This document shows positions 17,988 to 26,794 of a DNA stretch of 64,000 bases, in pieces; within the stretch, counting starts at the first letter, position 1, and every line of letters starts with the position of its first letter. The translations under genes were made by a program, and so were the position numbers. Source of the stretch: Pseudomonadota bacterium (lineage in GTDB: Bacteria; Pseudomonadota; Gammaproteobacteria; Burkholderiales; JABEVD01); NCBI GenBank assembly GCA_021848825.1, contig JAJZTQ010000005.1:13897-77896 (forward strand), in the 5' to 3' direction. The notes under the pieces were generated by a model, which saw only the letters and a list, made by a program, of their open reading frames with translations, searched no databases and was not told the DNA's origin.

Positions 17988-19354
17988 TGCAGCAATGGAA
18001 AAACTACCTGCAGGAATGCGCTGAGACTGTCTCTGCTGCCGAGCCGCTGCAGATCAGCGGGCATCTCACCAAGGTCGCCGGTCTCGTCATCGAAGCAGTC
18101 GGACTGCAGCTCCCTGTCGGAAGCGATTGCAACATCATCCTGCCCGACGGCAAGACAGTGGAAGCCGAGATCGTCGGTTTTTCCGGAAACAAGCTCTACA
18201 TGATGCCGGCCAACGATGTCTATGGCCTCGTTCCCGGAGCCAAGGTCGTGGCCATGGAATCATCGAACAGATCTTCCAACCCCAGGAGACGCGTCCAGGA
18301 CCACACCAAGCATGTTCCCGTAGGCAACTGCCTGCTCGGGCGGGTGCTGGATGGAACCGGCCGGCCACTTGATTCGCTAGGGCTTCTCAAGGATCCGCAG
18401 ATCGCAAGCCTGCAGAGCAGGCCGTACAACCCCCTTGACAGAGCGCCCATAGAGGTTCCGCTCGATGTCGGCGTCAGGGCGATCAATGCCCTCATGACCG
18501 TGGGGCGAGGCCAGAGAATGGGGCTTTTTGCCGGAAGCGGCGTGGGAAAGAGCGTGCTGCTCGGCATGATGGCGAGATATACCAGCGCCGATGTCATCGT
18601 GGTCGGGCTGATAGGCGAGAGAGGACGCGAGGTCAAGGAATTCATCGAACAGATTCTCGGGGACGGCCTCTCCCGTTCGGTGGTGATCGCCGCGCCTGCC
18701 GACACCTCACCGCTGCTGCGCCTGCAGGGCGCAGCCTATGCTGCGACAGTGGCGGAATATTTCAGAAACCAGGGAAAGCATGTCCTCCTGATCATGGATT
18801 CGCTGACGCGCTTCGCCATGGCGCAAAGGGAGATCGCGCTCGCAATAGGGGAACCGCCTGCCACCAAAGGCTATCCGCCATCCGTTTTCGCGAGGCTTCC
18901 CCAGCTCGTCGAGCGGGCCGGCAACGGGCCGAAAGGCGGCGGCTCGATCACTGCCTTCTATACCGTGCTGACCGAAGGGGACGACCAGCAGGATCCCATA
19001 GCGGACAGCGCAAGGGCGATCCTGGACGGCCATATCGTGCTCTCCCGAGGACTCTCCGACCAGGGGCATTATCCCGCCATCGATATCGAGGCATCGATCA
19101 GCCGCGCCTTCACCAGCCTGGTTTCGATGGACCATGTCGAACTCGTCAGGCGATTCAAGCAGTATTATTCGCGCTACCAGCGGAACAGGGATCTCATCAA
19201 TGTCGGCGCCTATGTCCCGGGAACAGATCCGGAACTCGACAAGGCCATGATCCTCTATCCCAAATTCGAGCGCTTTCTTCAGCAGAAAATGCACGAAAGG
19301 GAAGCTTATCTCGACAGCGTCAATCAGCTTGCCTCTGTTTTGAATGCGGCATGA
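17987..19354 (+). CDS. fliI: Flagellum-specific ATPase
   Basis: Walker A '[11 protein letters not shown]', '[17 protein letters not shown]'. ATG 17987 (TGATG coupling with fliH) was chosen; the ORF opens at 17957. Confidence 0.96.
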   Translation: MQQWKNYLQECAETVSAAEPLQISGHLTKVAGLVIEAVGLQLPVGSDCNIILPDGKTVEAEIVGFSGNKLYMMPANDVYGLVPGAKVVAMESSNRSSNPRRRVQDHTKHVPVGNCLLGRVLDGTGRPLDSLGLLKDPQIASLQSRPYNPLDRAPIEVPLDVGVRAINALMTVGRGQRMGLFAGSGVGKSVLLGMMARYTSADVIVVGLIGERGREVKEFIEQILGDGLSRSVVIAAPADTSPLLRLQGAAYAATVAEYFRNQGKHVLLIMDSLTRFAMAQREIALAIGEPPATKGYPPSVFARLPQLVERAGNGPKGGGSITAFYTVLTEGDDQQDPIADSARAILDGHIVLSRGLSDQGHYPAIDIEASISRAFTSLVSMDHVELVRRFKQYYSRYQRNRDLINVGAYVPGTDPELDKAMILYPKFERFLQQKMHEREAYLDSVNQLASVLNAA

Positions 19355-19803
19355 AGAAAACCCTGCCATTCCAGCTCCTGATAGACCTTGCTAAAGAGGA
19401 AATGGACGCTGCGATCAGGAATCTCGGCGAACTGAACAGGAAAGGCCGGGATATCGACGAAAAGCTGCAGCTGCTGCTGCAATACAGACAGGAATATCAG
19501 GTTCGCTTCGATGAATCTTCCAGAAAAGGCATCTACAGGAATGAATGGCAGAATTATCAGAATTTCATCGTCAAGCTCGATTTGGCAATCGATCAGCAGA
19601 AGCGCCTGCAGATCGAATCGCTCAGGAGCGTCGAATCGGCAAGGATGGAATATCAGCAGAAGCACAGGAAGCTGAAATCGTTCGAAACGCTTCTGGAACG
19701 ACACCATGCGGAAGAGTCTGCGAAAGCTGCACGCATTGAACAGAAGGAAACAGACGATTTTGCCGGGAAATCCTACTTCCGGAAAATGAAACCGGAGGAA
19801 TGA
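19351..19803 (+). CDS. fliJ: Flagellar export chaperone FliJ
   Basis: 150 aa coiled-coil protein. ATGA overlap with fliI. Position between fliI and fliK. Confidence 0.85.
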   Translation: MKKTLPFQLLIDLAKEEMDAAIRNLGELNRKGRDIDEKLQLLLQYRQEYQVRFDESSRKGIYRNEWQNYQNFIVKLDLAIDQQKRLQIESLRSVESARMEYQQKHRKLKSFETLLERHHAEESAKAARIEQKETDDFAGKSYFRKMKPEE

Positions 19804-20906
19804 ATCCTGGCACGCTGATTGCTTTGCATGTTGTATTCAAAAAACAAGGAGCAGTCATGCAAGCGTTGCCAGCCATCCAAAGCCTTCCCCCGACCCAGGA
19901 CACGCAGCCTTCTTCTGCGGCGAACGGTTCTGCAACCAATGGCAATGGCACCGATTTCAAGACCATGCTCCAGTCGAGCAGCGCCAACGCGTCGAACAAG
20001 GCCGATCCGACCGCCCCGCAAGCGCCTGGCGAAAAAAACAATCCCCAGGAGACGGCCGTTCAGCCGCCCCTGATCCCTATCGCTGCAGCGATCGACGTGA
20101 AGCAGCTTGAAAACTCGAAAAGCGCCAAGAAGGAAGATCCGAAGAAGGAAGCGAAAACGGATTCAGCCGTTGCGCCTGCCGTGACCCTTCCGGTCGACAT
20201 GCCTATGCAGGGCATCGTTTCGCAAAGTCCTCCAGTCAAGGATCAGCCTGCTGCCGACAAGTCGAAGCCGGTCGACCTGAAAAACGAGCCGACGCAATCC
20301 GAATCCAGGCCGGCAACTATTGCCCAGGTCGGCAACAATTTGCCGCAAAAGGAAATCAAGACTTCCTTTTCCCAAGCCATGAACGAAAAAGGCATCCTCC
20401 CCGAAACGAAGAAGGTATCAGGGGGCGAGACGACGCTTCAGCCCGCCGCGATTGCCGAGACTGGCGCCGCCAAATCGACGCCCAAAGTGACGGTTGAAGC
20501 CCCCGTTTCCAGCCCGCAGTGGGGAAGCGAAGTCGGCCAGAAAATAACCTGGATGTCCGCTTCGGGAAATCATGTCGCCGAGCTTCACCTCAATCCTCCC
20601 AATCTCGGTCCGCTGGAAGTCAAGCTCAGCATCAACAACGACCAGGCGACGATCCAGTTCGTTTCTCAGCATCAGGAAGTGCGCACCGCCATCGAATCCG
20701 CTCTTCCCAAACTGCGGGAAATGATGATGGACAGCGGCATTTCTCTTGGCAACGCGAGCGTCGATTCCGGCTCGTTCCAGCAATCCAACTTCAATCAGCA
20801 GGAAAGGCCGAGGCAATCCTTCTTCAGCGGCAACACCCTGCAGCAGCAGTCCATTTCCACTATCAGGGTCGGCAGACTGACGGGAAAAGTCGACACCTTC
20901 GTCTGA
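19800..20906 (+). CDS. fliK: Flagellar hook-length control protein (canonical)
   Basis: 368 aa. The middle is Pro/Gln/Ala-rich. C-terminal Flg_hook domain 'HVAELHLNPPNLGPLEVKLSINNDQATIQFVSQHQEVRTAIESALPKLREMM'. ATGA overlap with fliJ. Confidence 0.9.
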   Translation: MNPGTLIALHVVFKKQGAVMQALPAIQSLPPTQDTQPSSAANGSATNGNGTDFKTMLQSSSANASNKADPTAPQAPGEKNNPQETAVQPPLIPIAAAIDVKQLENSKSAKKEDPKKEAKTDSAVAPAVTLPVDMPMQGIVSQSPPVKDQPAADKSKPVDLKNEPTQSESRPATIAQVGNNLPQKEIKTSFSQAMNEKGILPETKKVSGGETTLQPAAIAETGAAKSTPKVTVEAPVSSPQWGSEVGQKITWMSASGNHVAELHLNPPNLGPLEVKLSINNDQATIQFVSQHQEVRTAIESALPKLREMMMDSGISLGNASVDSGSFQQSNFNQQERPRQSFFSGNTLQQQSISTIRVGRLTGKVDTFV

Positions 20907-20995
20907 AGGCGCATTGAAATCAGGCCCAGCTATTGATGAATACCGACAGAATGCTATGATAGGAGATACTACGATTCTGGGAAATTCAGCGGCAT

Positions 20996-21493
20996 ATGGC
21001 AAAAGAAACTGAAAAGCCGGCAGAGGAAGGCGCAGCCAAAAAAGGGAAAAAGCTCAAGGTCATCATCATTGCGCTCCTGGTTCTGGTTCTGCTCGGAGGT
21101 GGCGGATTCGCATACTGGTTCTTCGCCGTTCACGGCAAGGCCGACAGCGGCGCGAAGGCGGCTGCCAAGGTTGAACCCAATTTGCCGCCCACTTACAGCG
21201 TCCTCGACCCCTTCACGGTCAACCTGAGGGATCCGGGCGTGGCCATGCAGGCCGGCATCACGCTCAAGGTTCACGACGAAAAGGTGGACGAGGCGATCAA
21301 ACAGCGCATGCCGGAAATCCGCGACCGGATCCTGCTCATCCTCTCCAGCCAGCAGTCTGCTGACCTGATGACGGCGGCAGGAAAGGAGAATTTGGGAAAA
21401 CAGATCGCCGTTGCCGTGAACAAGATCCTTGACGTCAAGGACCCTAAAGACGGCGTAACCCAGGTGCTTTTCACCTCCTTCATCATCCAGTGA
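20996..21493 (+). CDS. fliL: Flagellar basal-body-associated protein FliL
   Basis: 165 aa. Lys-rich N-terminus, a single TM helix ('VIIIALLVLVLLGGGGFAYWFF'), and 'FTVNL...' in the periplasmic domain. Confidence 0.9.
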   Translation: MAKETEKPAEEGAAKKGKKLKVIIIALLVLVLLGGGGFAYWFFAVHGKADSGAKAAAKVEPNLPPTYSVLDPFTVNLRDPGVAMQAGITLKVHDEKVDEAIKQRMPEIRDRILLILSSQQSADLMTAAGKENLGKQIAVAVNKILDVKDPKDGVTQVLFTSFIIQ

Positions 21494-21497
21494 TGTC

Positions 21498-22490
21498 ATG
21501 AGCCAGGACTTCCTGTCACAAGACGAAGTCGATGCCCTCCTGAAGGGCGTCACCGGGGAAACCGACGAAGAGCCGGAAGAGGAAACGTCGGGCGTCAGAA
21601 GCTACAACATCGCCACGCAGGAGCGCATCGTGCGCGGGCGGATGCCCACGCTCGAGCTCATCAACGAACGCTTCGCCCGCCTTTTCAGGATCGGCCTCTT
21701 CAATTTCCTGAGGCGAAATGCGGAGATATCGGTTGGCCCGGTCAGGGTCATCAAATACAGCGAGTTCATCCGGAACATGCCCGTTCCGACCAACCTCAAC
21801 CTGACCAAGATCAACCCGTTGCGCGGCACATCGCTCTTCGTTTTCGATCCCAACCTGGTTTTCCTGGTAGTCGACAACCTCTTCGGCGGGGACGGCCGCT
21901 ACCATACCAGGGTGGAAGGAAGGGATTTCACCCCGACCGAGCAGCGCATCATTCTCCGGCTGCTCGAAGTCGCCTTTTCGGAATACGAAAGATCATGGGC
22001 TCCGGTGTTCAAGATCAAACCCGAATACCTTCGCGCCGAAATGAATACCCAATTCGCCAACATCGCAACGCCCAACGAAGTGGTCGTGGCGACGACCTTC
22101 ACCATCGATCTGGGCAACAAGAGCGGAGAATTTCACATCTGCATGCCTTACTCCATGATCGAACCGATCAGGGATATGCTCTCGAGCAGCATGCAGGGTG
22201 ACCAGATGGAAGCGGATACCCGCTGGGTCAAGCTGCTCTCCAAGGAAATCCAGCAGGCGGAAGTCGAGCTCGTGGCCAATCTTGGCGAAGTGCCCGTCAC
22301 GCTGGGCGATATCCTCAACATGAAAAAGGGAGACATCCTTTCTCTGGAAATACCCGAAGCGATCATTGCGCAGATCGACGGCGTGCCTATACTGGAATGC
22401 AAATACGGCGTGCTGAACGGCCAGTATGCGCTCAAGGTCAGCAAGATCATTGGCAGCGAAAACCCACCTTCTGGAGGAAGCAATGGCTGA
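21498..22490 (+). CDS. fliM: Flagellar motor switch protein FliM
   Basis: 330 aa. The N-terminus 'LSQDEVDALL' is the CheY-P-binding motif; 'FDPNLVFLVVDNLFGGDGR' also matches. Confidence 0.96.
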   Translation: MSQDFLSQDEVDALLKGVTGETDEEPEEETSGVRSYNIATQERIVRGRMPTLELINERFARLFRIGLFNFLRRNAEISVGPVRVIKYSEFIRNMPVPTNLNLTKINPLRGTSLFVFDPNLVFLVVDNLFGGDGRYHTRVEGRDFTPTEQRIILRLLEVAFSEYERSWAPVFKIKPEYLRAEMNTQFANIATPNEVVVATTFTIDLGNKSGEFHICMPYSMIEPIRDMLSSSMQGDQMEADTRWVKLLSKEIQQAEVELVANLGEVPVTLGDILNMKKGDILSLEIPEAIIAQIDGVPILECKYGVLNGQYALKVSKIIGSENPPSGGSNG

Positions 22491-22920
22491 AGACGCGATG
22501 GACGACTGGGCCGCGGCGATGGCAGAGCAGGCTGCCGCGCCTTCCGAAGGTTCGGCTGCAGACGACTGGGGCGCGGCGATGGCTGAACAGACGGCCGCGG
22601 AGAACGTCAAACCCGCCTCCTTCGAACAGCTTTCCGGCGCGGCACCCACTTCGATTGCCCATGATCTCGACATGATCCTGGACATCCCCGTCCAGCTCAC
22701 CGTTCAGCTCGGCAGGACCAAGATCGCCATCAGAAGCCTGCTGCAGCTCGCCCAGGGTTCCGTGGTCGAACTCGACGGGCTCGCAGGGGAACCCATGGAT
22801 GTGCTGGTCAACGGCTGTCTCATCGCGCAGGGAGAGGTCGTCGTCGTCAATGAAAAATTCGGCATCAGGCTCACCGACATCATCACACCTTCAGAGCGCC
22901 TGAAGAAGCTGAACAAATAA
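22483..22920 (+). CDS. fliN: Flagellar motor switch protein FliN
   Basis: ATG 22483 follows a GGAGGAAG RBS; the ORF opens at 22426. The C-terminal SpoA domain is 'ILDIPVQLTVQLGRTKIAIRSLLQLAQGSVVELDGLAGEPMDVLVNGCLIAQGEVVVVNEKFGIRLTDI'. Confidence 0.95.
   Translation: MAEDAMDDWAAAMAEQAAAPSEGSAADDWGAAMAEQTAAENVKPASFEQLSGAAPTSIAHDLDMILDIPVQLTVQLGRTKIAIRSLLQLAQGSVVELDGLAGEPMDVLVNGCLIAQGEVVVVNEKFGIRLTDIITPSERLKKLNK
22501..22590 (+). repeat. Tandem 60-nt-period duplication in the fliN 5' region (encodes DDWAAAMAEQ / DDWGAAMAEQ)
   Basis: gacgactgggccgcggcgatggcagagcag (22501-22530) and gacgactggggcgcggcgatggctgaacag (22561-22590) differ at 3 of 30 positions. Confidence 0.85.
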
Positions 22921-23333
22921 TGAAATTGCGATTTGCACCCGCACTCTTTCTGGCCATCCCGGCTGATGTTTTTGCGGCGCAGCCAGTGCAGTCCTTTCCG
23001 GTTGCGGGCATGCTCAAGATGTTCTTCGTGCTCCTCGTCGTTCTGGCCATGCTTTTCGCCGTGGCATGGTTCCTGAAGCGTTTTGCCGTCACCCAGAAGA
23101 TCCCGGGCGGTTCGATCAAGGTCATCGCGGGCGCTGCCGTCGGCCAGAGGGAACGCGTCGTTCTGGTGGAAGTCGGAGAAACATGGCTTGTGGTAGGCGT
23201 AGCGCCTGGCCATGTCAGCGCGCTCCACACCATGCCCAAGGTCGATATTCCGGAAGAAGCGCCACCCATTCCGGAAAAGAAGTTTTCGTCATGGCTCAAA
23301 CAGGTTGCAGAGAGGCGCAATGCGGCTTCCTAG
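22920..23333 (+). CDS. fliO: Flagellar biosynthesis protein FliO
   Basis: 137 aa. Single TM helix '[19 protein letters not shown]', and '[18 protein letters not shown]' is typical of FliO. Position between fliN and fliP. Confidence 0.85.
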   Translation: MKLRFAPALFLAIPADVFAAQPVQSFPVAGMLKMFFVLLVVLAMLFAVAWFLKRFAVTQKIPGGSIKVIAGAAVGQRERVVLVEVGETWLVVGVAPGHVSALHTMPKVDIPEEAPPIPEKKFSSWLKQVAERRNAAS

Positions 23334-24066
23334 GCATTTCATCTTCGCCCTTTCTCTGCTGTTCTTTTCCGCATCGGCCTGGGCGCAAATGAGTCTTCCC
23401 CTTCTGAATTCGACGCCTTCTGCCGGAGGAGGCCAAACCTATACGCTGAGCATTCAGACGCTCTTGATGCTCACCTCGATCACCTTTCTGCCTGCAGCCC
23501 TGCTGATGATGACCGGCTTCACCCGGATCATCATCGTGCTCGGACTGCTGCGCCAGGCGCTCGGAACGACGGCGGCGCCGCCAAACCAGATCCTGGTCGG
23601 GCTCTCCCTTTTCCTGACATTCTTCATCATGGCCCCGGTCTTCGACAAAATCTATGTCGATGCCTATCAGCCTCTTTCGGAAAACAAGATCTCTTTCACG
23701 GACGCAATAGAAAAGGCGTCTGTTCCGCTGAAATCCTTCATGCTGAAGCAGACCAGGGAATCCGACCTTGCGCTCTTCGTCCGCATTTCGCACAGCCCGC
23801 CGCTACAGGGACCGGAAGCGGTCCCCATGCGCATACTGATTCCGGCCTTCGTGACGAGTGAGCTCAAGACGGCATTCCAGATAGGTTTCATCATCTTCAT
23901 CCCTTTCATGATCATCGACATCGTGGTGGCAAGCGTGCTGATGTCCATGGGCATGATGATGGTTTCTCCCGCCATGATATCGCTGCCTATCAAGCTGATG
24001 CTTTTCGTCCTTGCAGACGGCTGGTCGCTCATCATCGGCTCGCTGGTTCAGAGCTTCTCGCCATGA
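23320..24066 (+). CDS. fliP: Flagellar export apparatus protein FliP
   Basis: ATG 23320 gives the signal peptide '[23 protein letters not shown]'; the ORF opens at 23212. '[17 protein letters not shown]...[17 protein letters not shown]' is canonical. Confidence 0.95.
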   Translation: MRLPRHFIFALSLLFFSASAWAQMSLPLLNSTPSAGGGQTYTLSIQTLLMLTSITFLPAALLMMTGFTRIIIVLGLLRQALGTTAAPPNQILVGLSLFLTFFIMAPVFDKIYVDAYQPLSENKISFTDAIEKASVPLKSFMLKQTRESDLALFVRISHSPPLQGPEAVPMRILIPAFVTSELKTAFQIGFIIFIPFMIIDIVVASVLMSMGMMMVSPAMISLPIKLMLFVLADGWSLIIGSLVQSFSP

Positions 24067-24332
24067 CACCTGAAAGCGTCATGACGCTCGCTCAGCAGGC
24101 CATGGAGATCACGGTTCTGGTCTCCGCGCCCCTTCTTCTGGCTTCCCTCGCCATAGGTCTGCTGGTCAGCATCTTCCAGGCTGCGACTTCGATCAACGAA
24201 ATGACCCTCTCGTTCATCCCCAAGCTTCTCGTGGTTTTCCTCATGCTGATCCTCGCCGGTCCCTGGATGCTGGAGCAGATCCTGAATTACATGACCACGC
24301 TTTTTTCAAACATCCCGACGATGATAGGATGA
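24063..24332 (+). CDS. fliQ: Flagellar export apparatus protein FliQ
   Basis: 89 aa, two TM helices, ATGA overlap with fliP. '[23 protein letters not shown]' matches FliQ. Confidence 0.95.
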   Translation: MTPESVMTLAQQAMEITVLVSAPLLLASLAIGLLVSIFQAATSINEMTLSFIPKLLVVFLMLILAGPWMLEQILNYMTTLFSNIPTMIG

Positions 24333-25108
24333 TCAGCTTCACACAGGCGCAGCTTTACGGCTGGCTGACTGCATTCGTCTGGCCGCTGGTGCGCATTCTC
24401 GCCCTGGTCGCCACCGCACCCGTGGTCGGCAACCAGACTGTGCCGGCAAGGACGAAGATAGGCCTCTCGGTCGCCATCACGATCCTAATCTCGCCCGTTC
24501 TCGGCCCCATGCCGCAGATCGAACCGGGATCGATCCCGGGACTCTTCGTCATTCTCCAGCAGATCCTGATCGGCTCGGCGATGGGGATTGCGATGCAGAT
24601 CGTCTTCGTCGCGGTGGAATTGGCCGGCGAAATCACGGGGCTGCAGATGGGGCTGGGCTTCGCTTCTTTCTACGATCCGATCAGGGGGGGCAATACTGCG
24701 GTCATCTCGCAGTACATGAATCTCGTGGCAACCCTGATTTTTCTCGCCGTGAACGGCCACCTGCTGATGATATCGGCGCTTGTAGACAGCTTCTCGGTCT
24801 TCCCGGTAGGCGGTCAGCTTCTGCATGCGGCAGGCTGGCTTGCGCCGGTGAAATGGGGGGAGAGAATATTCTTCGCGGCCCTGCTGCTTTCCCTGCCCAT
24901 GATCGGGACATTGCTGATCACCAACATGTCGCTCGGCATTCTGACGAAGGCGGCGCCGCAGCTCAACCTTTTCGCAGTCGGCTTCCCCATCACCCTGACA
25001 GTCGGAATGGGCATACTGACCCTTTCCCTCCCCTACTTTCTCCCCATCATGGACCGACTGATGATGGATGGCTTCCAGATCATGCTGGGTATCGTGAAGC
25101 TGTTCTAG
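24329..25108 (+). CDS. fliR: Flagellar export apparatus protein FliR
   Basis: 259 aa polytopic membrane protein. ATGA overlap with fliQ. 'AFVWPLVRILALVATAPV' N-terminus. Confidence 0.93.
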   Translation: MISFTQAQLYGWLTAFVWPLVRILALVATAPVVGNQTVPARTKIGLSVAITILISPVLGPMPQIEPGSIPGLFVILQQILIGSAMGIAMQIVFVAVELAGEITGLQMGLGFASFYDPIRGGNTAVISQYMNLVATLIFLAVNGHLLMISALVDSFSVFPVGGQLLHAAGWLAPVKWGERIFFAALLLSLPMIGTLLITNMSLGILTKAAPQLNLFAVGFPITLTVGMGILTLSLPYFLPIMDRLMMDGFQIMLGIVKLF

Positions 25109-25126
25109 CAGGCTGCCAGGGCGTCC

Positions 25127-26785
25127 TTACGGAAGATAGCTGAACAAGGAGAGGCTGCTCACCTGAGCAAAGGACTTCTGGGCAGCCTGCAATATCTGCG
25201 TTTCCTGGTTGAATTGCGATATCGCCTTGGTATAGTCGAGATCCTGGAGGGTCGACATGGTGGTCTGGTAATTGAGCCCGATATTCTGGCTCGTCGTCTG
25301 CGCGGTCTGCGTCTCGTTGACCCATGCGCCGTTGGCAGCGCGCACCGTCAGGATATTGGTGAGATCGTTGTTCAGGTTCTGGCCGATCGCGTTCAGCTTG
25401 TTCGACAAGGCGGCATTGGCCACAGGACCCGTCGATGTGGAATTGAGGGCTGAGATCAGGTTGCTGATGGTGGTGAAGATGCTCTCATTGCTGCTCTGGT
25501 TGATGCCGAAGCTGTCGCCAGTTGCGGGATTGCCGGTGATGGTGACGCTCGCCCCGAAATCGAATGAGGCCGCCGCCTGAGGCGTCCCTGCAGCAGTGGC
25601 CGCGGCATTGGCGATTGCCGTTGCGGCAGCCGCTGCTGCAGTGCTTGCGATGGAAGAAGTGACCGTTCCGGTCGCGGCATTGGCTCCTGAAGCAATGCCG
25701 GCATTGACGATGCCTGCCGCTGTCGCCCCGCTTGAAGACGCAGCCTGCGCAGCCGCGTTCTGGATGCTCGTTGCAGCTGCAGCCGCATCAGCCGAACTCG
25801 CCCCGGCGGCAATGGCTGCATTGTAGGCTGCAGTATAGGCGGCTCCTCCTGCCCCTGTGGCGGATTTGGCCGCGGTATCGGCAGCAGCCGCATTGCTGCT
25901 CGCATCCGCTCCTGCTGCCGCGATGGAAGCAGCCTGGGCAGGCGTCATGGAAAGGCTGATGGCCGAGCCGCTCGTGAAGGAAGCGGGATAGGGACCTATT
26001 GACGCCGATGCCGCCCCTGTGAAAAGCGATTTCCCTGTCGCATTGTCGACGAGATCATAGGTGGTCGTGGTGTTGGGCGCTGTCCCGCTGACGGAAAACT
26101 TGATGGAAAGGTTCTGACTGTTTGCGCTCGATGCCCATTTGGCGGGGTCGCTCAGCGTGCCATTGTCGATCACGCCCGTTCCGGTATTGCCTGACGACGC
26201 GGAAGTCGAGAAAGTGCCGTTTCCCGTCTTGATGTCCTGGAACGCCGCCGCGCCTGAAATCGTTACCGGAATCTGGCGAGACGAGGTGATCTGGACGGAC
26301 TGAACCCCCTGGTCTCCGACATACTGAACGCCGTTTGCCGTCTGGATAAAGGGCTTCGTGCCGCCCATGCTTCCCGCGAATAGATAATTCCCTGAACTGT
26401 CCGTGCTGTTTGCCAGGCTGAGAAGCTGCTGCTGGAGGCTCTCGAGCTGCGAGGCAATGGCCTGTCTGTCGGTCGGCGTGAGCGTCGCATTTCCCGCATT
26501 CACTGCCTGGACCTGCACATTCTGGATCAGCGTGGTCACGCTCGCCAGATTCGTTTCGTTGATATTGAGGCTGCTCAGGGCGGAATTCTGGTTCGTCTGG
26601 TATTGCGTGTTGATCGAATTGCTCTGACCCACTTCAAGCACCTGGGCTGCAGCGACTGGGTCGACAGAAGGATTGTAAACCCTGAGCCCTGTCGAGAGCT
26701 GCTGCTGGGTATTGAACAGGGCGTTCTGCTGCTGCTCCATGCCGTAGACGCCGGCGTTGTAGAATGAACTGGTGCTGATCCTCAT
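25127..26785 (-). CDS. flgL: Hook-filament junction protein FlgL (HAP3), enlarged
   Basis: 552 aa. Flagellin-like N-terminus 'MRISTSSFYNAGVYGMEQQQNALFNTQQQLSTG' and C-terminus 'DLDYTKAISQFNQETQILQAAQKSFAQVSSLSLFSYL'. A large Ala-rich insertion spans aa ~281-407. Confidence 0.92.
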   Translation of the reverse strand: MRISTSSFYNAGVYGMEQQQNALFNTQQQLSTGLRVYNPSVDPVAAAQVLEVGQSNSINTQYQTNQNSALSSLNINETNLASVTTLIQNVQVQAVNAGNATLTPTDRQAIASQLESLQQQLLSLANSTDSSGNYLFAGSMGGTKPFIQTANGVQYVGDQGVQSVQITSSRQIPVTISGAAAFQDIKTGNGTFSTSASSGNTGTGVIDNGTLSDPAKWASSANSQNLSIKFSVSGTAPNTTTTYDLVDNATGKSLFTGAASASIGPYPASFTSGSAISLSMTPAQAASIAAAGADASSNAAAADTAAKSATGAGGAAYTAAYNAAIAAGASSADAAAAATSIQNAAAQAASSSGATAAGIVNAGIASGANAATGTVTSSIASTAAAAAATAIANAAATAAGTPQAAASFDFGASVTITGNPATGDSFGINQSSNESIFTTISNLISALNSTSTGPVANAALSNKLNAIGQNLNNDLTNILTVRAANGAWVNETQTAQTTSQNIGLNYQTTMSTLQDLDYTKAISQFNQETQILQAAQKSFAQVSSLSLFSYLP

Positions 26786-26794
26786 GGCTTATCC

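Noticed and set aside
20978-20994. Sigma-54-like GG-N10-GC string (TGGGAAATTCAGCGGCA) just before fliL.
   Set aside because: The -12 element ends 3 nt before the fliL ATG, so transcription would start inside the coding region. The flanking bases also match the consensus poorly.
25456-25905. ORFs on both strands within the Ala-rich segments of flgL, flgK and flgE. Examples: 25456-25905, 25596-25826, 27645-28280, 34129-34584.
   Set aside because: They are artefacts of GCN-codon-rich sequence, which stays open in several frames. The flgL, flgK and flgE frames are continuous with canonical N- and C-termini.
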